Below are positions 17,965 through 26,393 of a stretch of 64,000 nt of DNA, piece by piece. Origin of the DNA: Bacillota bacterium (GTDB lineage: Bacteria > Bacillota > Sulfobacillia > JAUYEG01); contig JAXGPL010000006.1 in assembly GCA_040766985.1 (NCBI GenBank), positions 70,284 through 134,283 of the forward strand, written 5' to 3'. Each line of letters starts with the position of its first letter. Position 1 is the stretch's first letter. A program made the translations under genes and the position numbers. The notes beneath the pieces were generated by a model. That model was not told the DNA's origin. It saw nothing but the letters and a program-made list of their open reading frames with translations, and ran no database searches.

Positions 17965-19515
17965 TTACTGCTCCTCAGCCGCAAACTCGAACTCGGTTTC
18001 CCATTGGCACTCAAACGGCCACCACGGCGCCGTTGAGCTGCGGACGACTGTCACCTGTGGGGAGTCAGTCGTTCTGAGAATCCCTTCCGGCGCGGAAACC
18101 ACCACTGTCGTACCGCCGGCCAACGTCTGACCGCTCTTTACCGTCAGCGTGACCCTGCTTTGCCAGTCATTGAGTCGCAGCACGGCCAGGTCGAGGGTGT
18201 CGGAGTTCGATACGGTCCAGTCGGCGTCGGGATCGATCCGCAGCGGGAGCTCGATGGTGATCTGCCGCCCTTCGGCCATGTCGCCGACGTAATCGTCCGT
18301 GTTGGCTCCGAGGGTAACCGAAATGTAGGCGTCCTGCTCGCCTTCATGATCGGCGACGAGCCCTTCGCCCTCTGCCTTGAGTACCTCAACGCCCTGGAGC
18401 ATCGCGCCGAATACGTCGCCACCGAAGGTAACACCGGCAAATTGGATGTTCGGTCCGCCGACGTAGGCGTCACCGCCGACTGCGATGTCCTCGACCGTTA
18501 GTTCGGACCCCACAAAGTAGGCATCGCCGTCGACAACGACGCGGGCGATGTTCCCACCGCCGGCAGGAGCGGCATCGAAGCTGCCCGTGATATGGAGGTC
18601 ATCCACGCTCGCCTCAACGGCAACTGAGACGTCGCCGTTGACTTTGAAGCCCTTCATGACGATGCCCTGGGTTTCGTCAACCTTGACATCGCCCCGCACG
18701 GTGGTCTTCGCGGAGCCCTCTCCCTGCAACGTAAGCCCCTCAAGCTCCTTGGGGATGAGGACGTTGCCTGCAACTTCACCCTCCGGGAATGTGATCAAGT
18801 CGCCGGGGTCGGCGTCGGCGACGGCTTCCCCGAGCGTGGCGTAGAGGATGTTCTTCGTTTCGTTCTTCACCAGCACGGTGGGGGTGAGGCCGAATACGCG
18901 ATCGGCCAGCGTCCTGCCGGTCGCCGGGTCGACGAGCGACTGCACGCCGAAAGCCGTCATGATCAGGCAATCCCCGCGCGGCGCGGGAGTGTCGGCAGTG
19001 AAGTCCGGGACCTCGTCGAGCATGCCTGCGGATTCAGCGAGGGTGACGTAGTTGTCGGGCCAGGTGAGTTCAGGGTTGCCGTGAATGCCCGCTGCCTCCA
19101 AGAGCATCTTGGCGAACTGGGCATACGTGACCGGGTCCTCCGGGCCGTAACTGCCCGTGCCGTGGCCCTCGACAATCCCCAGGTTCTTGGCGAGCATAAT
19201 GTGTCCGCTTGCCCAGTGGTTTCCAGGAACGTCGTCGAACGGGCTGAGCCCCACCAACTGGCGGGCCATTGATTCATCGCCGTGTCTGATGACGATGATG
19301 ACCTTCGTCGCCTCGGCTCTGGTGATCGTGCTGTCCGGGCGGATTGTGCCGTCGGGGTAGCCCGCGATGACACCGAGATCCATCAGGTAGTCGACGGCTT
19401 CCTCGCAGGGTTCTCCGACTACGTCGGAAGGCACCTCTGCGGCGAGCGCGCCGGTGCCCACGATTAGCGATAACAGCAACATGACTGCGATTGCCCTGTT
19501 CATCGAGCGGTTCAT
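17965..19515 (-). CDS. SLH-domain cell-surface protein with a C-terminal beta-helix-like repeat region
   Basis: Signal peptide MNRSMNRAIAVMLLLSLIVGTGALA. SLH-like repeats (AVDYLMDLGVIAGYPDGTIRPDSTITRAEATKVI; FDDVPGNHWASGHIMLAKNLGIVEG). Repetitive GD-rich C-terminal half. GAGAGGAG RBS. Confidence 0.85.
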   Translation of the reverse strand: MNRSMNRAIAVMLLLSLIVGTGALAAEVPSDVVGEPCEEAVDYLMDLGVIAGYPDGTIRPDSTITRAEATKVIIVIRHGDESMARQLVGLSPFDDVPGNHWASGHIMLAKNLGIVEGHGTGSYGPEDPVTYAQFAKMLLEAAGIHGNPELTWPDNYVTLAESAGMLDEVPDFTADTPAPRGDCLIMTAFGVQSLVDPATGRTLADRVFGLTPTVLVKNETKNILYATLGEAVADADPGDLITFPEGEVAGNVLIPKELEGLTLQGEGSAKTTVRGDVKVDETQGIVMKGFKVNGDVSVAVEASVDDLHITGSFDAAPAGGGNIARVVVDGDAYFVGSELTVEDIAVGGDAYVGGPNIQFAGVTFGGDVFGAMLQGVEVLKAEGEGLVADHEGEQDAYISVTLGANTDDYVGDMAEGRQITIELPLRIDPDADWTVSNSDTLDLAVLRLNDWQSRVTLTVKSGQTLAGGTTVVVSAPEGILRTTDSPQVTVVRSSTAPWWPFECQWETEFEFAAEEQ

Positions 19516-20030
19516 GTCTCAGCTCCTCTCTGTCCTTGGGTGCACGCAGAGCGCCCTCAGGCATGCAGTAGGAGAGCTGCCCACCCTTGGCGCCGCCGGC
19601 GATGGAAGTCCTGCGCGGAGGGGAGAGGGGGATGGAAAAAGAGGCCAAACTATTGAGCAACTGGTGCCAGGGTTGTGGTCGGGCGCGTCCTGTGTGCCAA
19701 TTTCCAGATGCTTTGGCTTTCCTTCTCTGGGAGGCCAAGTCCTGCAAGATGTGGGGAATATGCTCTCCTGTGCACGCGGAGCCCTGGTGCCGGCTGGACC
19801 TGGGCGTATTGAGGCCGTATTTGGCAGAACAGGGACTCAAGACGAACACCAAAGGTCTTCGTGGTCGTTTGAGATACCGGTTTCTCGAAACCTGAGCAGA
19901 TAGTGACCACATCCGCCGAGGAGCTGTGCTCCAGGCAACCAGGTGAGCCCGCGCCAACCCGTATCGCAGTCGGACTGCAGTTTCCGAGCCCAGACAGGAA
20001 CATCGTTGTCCCGCCCTGAAACCGCATTAA

Positions 20031-21180
20031 ATGGCCAGGAACACCCGCGCGGAGAGAAAAGGCCAGATTGGCGAGGTTTACCTGATCCGATCGTTTGCGA
20101 TGTTTGGTGTCCTCGCAGTGCATGCAACAGCAACTGCCGTAACGCAGTTGTCGCCCGAGTCTGCCCTGTACCCCGCTTACATCCTGGTCAACCGGCTCGG
20201 CAAGGTCGGCACCACGACGTTCATCTTTCTGAGCAGCTTGGTGTTGTTCTACAACTACTACGGAAGAACGCTCAATGCACAACTGCTCAAGCGCTTCTAT
20301 ACACGACGGACCCTCTTTGTGCTTGTCCCTTACATCCTCTGGTCCGCCTTCTACTACTGCGTGGGTTTGGTGTTGTTGCATGGCTGGTCGGGATCGGTCC
20401 AGGCCGCCTCGGTCGGCGCGTTCGTAAAGACCCTCGTTTACGGCAACGCGCATTTCCACCTGTACTTCGTGGTCATCAGCGTGCAGCTCTATCTGGTCTT
20501 CCCGCTGATGCTGTGGCTTGTCAAACGAGTCCGGCCGATAAGGCGATACCTGGTATTGTGGGGCCTGCTCGCGCAGTGGGCCTCTTACCCATATGCACGG
20601 CACGTGGGCGGCGTTGAGTTCAAGAGCAGCATGGCCCTTCAGATGACTTCCCACTACTGCTCCCGGCGCGTTTGCCGGGCTGTATTACGAGCGGTTTGTG
20701 GCTTCCTTGAGCAACGGCGGGTCAGATTCGCTGGCCGCTCCTTCGCATGGGGCCATGTCGCGTCGGGCTGGTCTGGGCTGGGTGGCCGGGCTGGCCTATT
20801 GCACCCTTTACTACCGGGCATCCGGCTTTGCGATTTGGTACGACGGCTTCTGGTACGAATTGGTATGGAGCATCTATACCTACACATCAATTCTCATGCT
20901 CGTCTGTCTTTGCGCGTGCCGTCTACCGAAACGGCTCCGCCAAGCTGGAGCTACGCGGCAGCCAGGATCGGAGCGGTTGCCTTCGGCGTATACCTGATCC
21001 ACCCGCTTCCGTTGCTGCTATGGGAGCGTTACGTGACTGTTTGTCTGCCTGGTTATATCATGTGGGCGTGGTAGCCGGGTTCGCGCCGGTCTCCCTGGCT
21101 TCATGGTTGGTGGTTACGGCAGTCCACCGCTGGCTTCCGGTTTCGTGGCCGGTTTTCGGTCCAAAGCCCCAGATCAGTAC
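20031..21180 (+). pseudogene. Acyltransferase-3 family membrane O-acyltransferase, copy 1, at least 4 frame changes (3' limit approximate)
   Basis: N-terminal ~205 aa are intact (LIRSFAMFGVLAVHATA...HFHLYFVVISVQLYLVFP). Continuation runs through other frames: GLGWVAGLAYCTLYYRASGFAIWYDGFWYELVWSIYTYTSILML, then AAARIGAVAFGVYLIHPLPLLLWERY, then VVAGFAPVSLASWLVVTAVHRWLP. Confidence 0.75.
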
Positions 21181-21338
21181 CCAGCTGCCGCATCTCCAGG
21201 TAGCCACCGCCGGCAGGCCAAGCTCAGCTCCTCATCGCACGAACGGACAAACACCCTCCCCTCGCCGCTCTTCATTTGACCTTGGGACGTTGTCACACAC
21301 ACCGTCCCTAGCAGGCTAGATCGAGGAGGAGAGACACC

Positions 21339-21923
21339 TTGACTCATCGTCCAAGAGCGCCTGGCCTGTGTCCGGCGGGTTTCGGCGGACGGCACACGGT
21401 GGTCAGCGGCGACACCCATGCTTCGTATCGCGCAGTCGCTTGGGATCACGCTCAATGCCCTGATCCGGGCGAATCCCTACATCAGCAACCCCAACGAGAT
21501 CTACCCCGGGACGTGTTGGCGTGCCGGGCCGACCTCGCCGCCGCCGCCGCCGCCGCATGGCCCGACGCTGCCGTGCTGCTTCAAGGGCTGCTTGGCGCGC
21601 TCTCCGGGTGTGGTTGGTGCAGCAATGCTCTATCGTGACGCGCACAACATGCCCGCCTTCAGCGTGGTGGCCCGACTGCCCAACCCGTGGTGAATGGGGC
21701 GACTTTGATCTCTACGTGGTCGGGTTGACCCTGGGTGAAGAGGTTCAGGCAACTCAGTTGTTGCAGACACCTGGACGGCACGTGGGCGGCCAGCGAGAAC
21801 GTGCCTGCGTCACCGTTGGTCAACCAGGCGCGGATCGAGATCCGCCCCGAACAGCGAGTTCGGCGCGATCGCGGAGCTGGTGCTGTTCGAAACCTCTGCT
21901 CTGCCACTAGCGTGATTTCGTGA
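21339..21923 (+). pseudogene. LysM-domain protein with a proline linker, at least 3 frame changes
   Basis: HTVVSGDT in one frame, MLRIAQSLGITLNALIRANPYISNPNEIYPG in a second, then PPPPPP...YRDAHNMPAFSVVARLPNPW, EWGDFDLYVVGLTLGEEVQATQLLQTP and DGTWAASENVPASPLVNQARIEIRPE in further frames. Confidence 0.6.
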
Positions 21924-22046
21924 CCTCGCCCGGCCCCGGTCGCGCTCAGGACAAGGCGAACGCCGCCAGGGGGAAGAACCAAGGACGCACCAACCTGTTG
22001 GCCGCAGGACTTGTCCGGCGGCCAACCCCATTTGGAGAGACGCGGG

Positions 22047-22485
22047 ATGCGTGGCGGCAGGCGGAACGGTGGTTCACTCGTCGCGCTGGCGATCGGACTC
22101 CTGGTCCTCGCGGGGGCGGCCACGATGGTGTACTCCTTGGATGTCCGGCACCAGAAGAGAGGCCGAAGTCAAGATCCAGGGCGACAAGATCGTCATCACG
22201 GGTCAGTACGGGGTGACCTACAGACTCGCGGACCTGGAGGACGTCCGCCTCGCGGACTCCCTGCCCTCCGTGGGCCGCAAGGTCAACGGGGCAGGGCTTG
22301 GCGCCGTCCGCAAAGGCGACTACGAGGTGGCGGGCTACGGCACGGCTCGCCTGTTCATTCATTCGCAAACCGGCCCGTATCTCTACCTAAAGGTTGGCGG
22401 CAAGTGGACTATCCTCAACTCCGCCGACCCTCGCAAGACCGTCGGTATCTACGATCGGATCCGGGATTCGTGGTCCGCCCCGTGA
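22047..22485 (+). CDS. Membrane-anchored bacterial PH-like domain protein; frameshifted near 22147-22160
   Basis: MRGGRRNGGSLVALAIGLLVLAGAATMVYSL (frame of ORF 22011), then EAEVKIQGDKIVITGQYGVTYRLADLEDVRL...GYGTARLFIHSQTGPYLYLKVGGKWTILN (frame of ORF 22051). Confidence 0.45.
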
Positions 22486-22608
22486 TCGCCGCACCGTGCT
22501 GAGTCTTGCTGGAGGAACCCCCATAGCGCAGGGCGAAGCCTCAAAGCGACAACCCGCCCGCCGGGTTTCTGCCGCGCGCGGTGCCGCGGGGCCCAGGAGG
22601 TTCTGTCC

Positions 22609-24043
22609 ATGAAGGACGTACTTGTTGCCAACGTCAACTCCCTCCGCAGAAAGCTCATCGAAGTCGCCGATTCGGTCTGGCGTCACGCCGAACTAGGCCT
22701 GTTAGAACACGAATCGGCGTCGGCGCTGGCCGGTTTGCTTGAGTCGCACGGCTTCACCATCAAGATGGGCCTCGCCAACATGGAAACCGCCTTCGTCGCG
22801 ACCTGGGGCGAGGGCGAACCGGTGATCGGTTTCCTCGGCGAGTACGATGCCCTCCCGGGCATATCCAACGAGCCTGTGCCATACCGGGCCCCCATTGCCG
22901 AGAACACGTCGGGCCACGGATGCGGTCACAACCTCCTCGGCGCGGCGGCGGCCGGAGGAGCAATTGCCCTCAAGCAGGCCATGGAGGAGCAGGGCCTGGC
23001 CGGGACGGTCAAGTTCTTTGGCTGCCCGGCGGAAGAGAGCTCGTTCGGCAAGATGTGGATGGTCTGCGACGGGGTCTTTGACGGTGTGGACATCGTTTTG
23101 ACCTGGCATCCGGGCGGGGTGAACGCGGTGACGTTCACCAGCAGCCTGGCTGACTGGGTGTACAAGTTCAACTTCTACGGCAAGACCGCGCACGCCGCCG
23201 CCAACCCATACGAGGGCCGCAGCGCACTTGACGCCCTGGAACTGATGAACGAAGGCGTCGAACGGATGCGAGAGCACATGCGCCCCGAATGCCGCGTCCA
23301 CTACGTGATCACGCACGGCGGCCAGAGCCCCAACGTCGTACCTGACTACGCGCAGAGCTTCTACGACGTCCGGGCCGCGACGGTGCCCGACCTTATCCCG
23401 CTCTACGAATGGGTCGAGCAGATCGGCCGCGGCGCCGCCATGATGACCCAGACGCGGTTTGAGCCTGAGTTCATCGGCGCCGCCGCCAACACCATCGCCA
23501 ATCAGGTCATCGGCGACGTCCTCCAGTCCGCCATGGAAACCATCGGCGTGCCCCAGTATACGCCGGCCGAGATCGAATTCGCGGAGCAACTGCAGAAGCA
23601 TTTCCCGGGGTGCGTCGAGCGTGGGTTGCGCGACCTTGAGGAACGGGCGGAGTTCATGAAGGATACCCGCATCTGCGACGTGATCCTGCCGCTCGACGAC
23701 CACGGTCAAGCCCGGCAAGGTTCGACCGACGTCGGGGACGTGTCGTGGGTGGTGCCGACCAGCCAGTTTAGCGGTGCCTGCTATGCCTTCGGCGTACCCG
23801 GGCACACCTGGGCGGCGACAGCCTGCGGCGGATGCCGGTGGGCACGCCGGCATGCTCTTTTAAGCAAAAGTGCTGGCTTTGGCTGGCTCGCGGTTTGTGC
23901 TCGACGCCGACTTACGGGCCAAGGCCAAGCGCGAACACGACGCCGACTCGGTAGCCACACGTACACAAGCCCCGATCCCAGAAGGGATCACGCGCCCGCC
24001 CATGCCTTTCGGACCCGCGCCCGGCAGGGCAAGGCAAGGCTGA
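22609..24043 (+). pseudogene. M20-family amidohydrolase (AbgB-like) with one frameshift (~23825) and an in-frame TAA (23861-23863)
   Basis: HAELGLLEHESA, GHGCGHNLLG, GKTAHAAANPYEGRSALDA and VGDVSWVVP are intact. After GVPGHTWAATA the next frame reads DAGGHAGMLF-TAA-AKVLALAGSRFVLDADLRAKAKREHDADS...GRARQG, with the stop at 24041-24043. Confidence 0.8.
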
Positions 24044-24083
24044 GCTAGAGGCAGAGGGCAGAGGGTAGAGTCAGGGGGGCGGA

Positions 24084-25230
24084 GTGAGTGGCTGGAGAAA
24101 GCTTCACGCACAGCGGCGGCGTATTCCTGAACTCGACGCTGTAAGAGCGCTGGCGATGCTCGCCGTATTGGCGGTCCACGTCTCCGCCGGGCCGGTCGTT
24201 GAGCTTACCGTGGAGTCCAAGGCCTACCCGCTATACATCCTTCTTAACCGCCTGGGGGCGTTCGCCGTCCCCGGGTTTGTGTTCCTGAGCGGAGCTGGTG
24301 CTGTTTCACAACTACTATGGCCGGGGCTGCAGGTTCGATGCCGGACAGGTGCGGGCCTTCTACGCCCGGCGGGCGGCGGCGGTCATGGCGCCATGCGTGC
24401 TGTGGTCCATGCCTTGCCTCAGCCTGTTGGGAACCCACGGTTGGCCGGACGCGCTGCGGGCGTTTTCGGTTCGCGACCTGGCAGGCGACCTGCTCTTTGG
24501 CACCGCGCATTACCACCTCTACTTCATGGTCGTAAGTATCCAGTTCTATGCGGCTTTCCCGGTGTTGCTTCGGCTCCTGGGACGGCGATCGGGGACGACG
24601 GCCGCGGGGCATGCAGTTGTGGTCGGGTTAGGCCTGCAGCTTGCCCTGTGCGCGGTCGCGAGCTACGTGGCCCCGGTGCCAGGCAAGGCGGGCATTGCCG
24701 TCTCGTACCTTTCCCACTTCATGCTCGGCGCGTACGTGGCGCTCAACTACGATCTGTTTACTGCGTGGCTCCAGCCGCAAACGTATCCCTCTTCGGCCGC
24801 CGCATTCGCGCTGTACGGGTTTTGACAGCTGGTTGGGCGGTCGCCGGGCTCCTCCACGGGGGCGCCTACTACGTGGGGTTTGGATACGGGACCTGGTACG
24901 ACAGCATGTGGTACGAGATTCTCTGGAGCGTCTACACCTTCGTGTCCGCGCCTCTTCTGCTGCACTGGGGAAGGATCATCTACGCCCGTTCATCGCCAGG
25001 TGTGCTCGGAACGTAAGAAGCCCTTGGGGCAGCCAGCTTCGGGATCTACCTCGTTCACCCGGCACTTCTTGCCGCGTGGAACCGCTTCGTCGCCCCGGCG
25101 GCGCCCTCGGCGTACCACGGGATGATCGTCGCAGAGTTCGTAGCCGTGACCGGCGGCGCCTCGTGGGGCCTGGTCGCGGCGGCTAGGCGGTGGCTTCCGT
25201 ACGCGTGGCTGGTGTTCGGGCGGGCAGGAG
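24084..25230 (+). pseudogene. Acyltransferase-3 family membrane O-acyltransferase, copy 2: 2 frameshifts plus an in-frame TAA (25014-25016); 3' limit approximate
   Basis: AVRALAMLAVLAVHVSAG..., then LFHNYYGRG...HYHLYFMVVSIQFYAAFP in another frame, then back to GWAVAGLLHGGAYYVGFGYGTWYDSMWYEILWSVYTFVSAPLL...GT-TAA-EALGAASFGIYLVHPALLAAWNRF...RRWLPYAWLVFG. Paralogous to 20031-21180. Confidence 0.75.
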
Positions 25231-25357
25231 CTACGGTTCGTGGACCACGGCCAGGGCCAGTGGTCGCAGCCGCCTGCCGTAGGGGTATCTTGCGGCCGCA
25301 CCGGCTGCCACCACTCCTCGCCCGCATCGCCCACGCGCCGGCATCGCAGCATCGCCC

Positions 25358-25388
25358 TTGACTATGACGTTACGTTATAGTCTAAAAT
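25358..25388 (+). promoter_or_regulatory. MerR-type promoter: TTGACT, 19-bp spacer containing a dyad, TAAAAT
   Basis: TTGACT (25358-25363), spacer ATGACGTTACGTTATAGTC (19 nt), TAAAAT (25383-25388). GACTATGACGTTACGTTATAGTC is a near-perfect 23-bp palindrome. AGGAGG lies at 25396-25401. Confidence 0.6.
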
Positions 25389-25410
25389 CGCAATCAGGAG
25401 GTTTTTCACC

Positions 25411-26282
25411 CTGGCAAGCGGGACTGAACGGTGCGCACGGGCGTCGCAGCCCACACAAACGCAGCAGCGCTATGCGGTCAAGGGAGTAGCCGACCTGGCC
25501 GGAGTTAGCGTCCGGACGCTGCACTACTACGACCAGATCGGGCTGCTGAACCCGGCTGCCGGTCACCGAGGCCGGGTATCGGCTGTACAGCTTTGCCGAC
25601 CTGGAGCGGCTGCAACAGGTCCTGTTCTTTCGCGAGCTGGGGTTGAGCCTTAAAGACATCAAGCGGATTATCGATAGCCCTGGCTTCTTCGATCGCCGTA
25701 GGGCCATGGTCGAGCACCGGCGGTTTCTCGAAGGTAGGCGGCAACTGGACCGGCTGATCGAACTGGTCGACGAGACGCTTCCGGGCGATGGGAAGGGGCA
25801 CAAGAGTGGACGAGAAGAGCATGTTCGGTGCGTTTGACGAGAAGCAACTGGAGGAATACCGCAAGGAAGCGACCGAGCGGTGGGGCAGGGAGCTATTCGA
25901 CGCGTCCTACGGGCGCCTCCACGGCCGGCTCAGCAAGGCCTGGAGCAAGGGGAGTTGTCCGCGAAGGGTGGGCAGATCGAGCTAGATGCTGCAGCTCTGA
26001 CTGAGCGCGACCCGGCCGACCCCGCCGTGCTGGCCGTGATGGAACGCTGGTGGAAGCACATCGAGCAGCTCGTTCTACCCGGTGACGACCGAGATCTTCC
26101 AGGGACTCGGCGAGATGTACGTGGCGGACGAGCGGTTCGCCCGCCCACTACAACGCCGTCAAGCCGGGGCTGGCGGAGTTCATGCGCGCCGCCGCATGAG
26201 CGCCTACTGCGAGAAGATCGAGCAAGAGGCCTCGCCGGCAAGTAACGAGACACCTGGCAGCCATCGTGCCTGCCACCGATGA
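25411..26282 (+). pseudogene. MerR-family regulator with a TipAS-like effector domain, at least 4 frame changes; start uncertain
   Basis: YAVKGVADLAGVSVRTLHYYDQIGLLNPAA in one frame, TEAGYRLYSFADLERLQQVLFFRELGLSLKDIKRIIDSP... in a second. Later pieces: SMFGAFDEKQLEEYRKEATERWG, LGEMYVADERFA, KPGLAEFMRAA, AYCEKIEQ. No ATG/GTG/TTG lies at the RBS-appropriate position (CTG at 25411). Confidence 0.7.
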
Positions 26283-26393
26283 GTCGACACACAACGCCCC
26301 CTGCCTCATGCGGCCACGCCTGGGACCAGAGCGTTGTTGGGGAGTATTCTTCCATAGGAGCATCAAAAAGGGCGTTGCGTATCGAGCGTAGCG

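Noticed and set aside
23861-23863. In-frame TAA codons (also 25014-25016) considered as stop-codon reassignment or readthrough
   Set aside because: TAA terminates apparently normal genes in this window, for example the Lon-like gene at 28920-28922 and P2 at 29824-29826. Both internal TAAs also sit in genes that carry frameshifts, so nonsense mutation is the simpler explanation.
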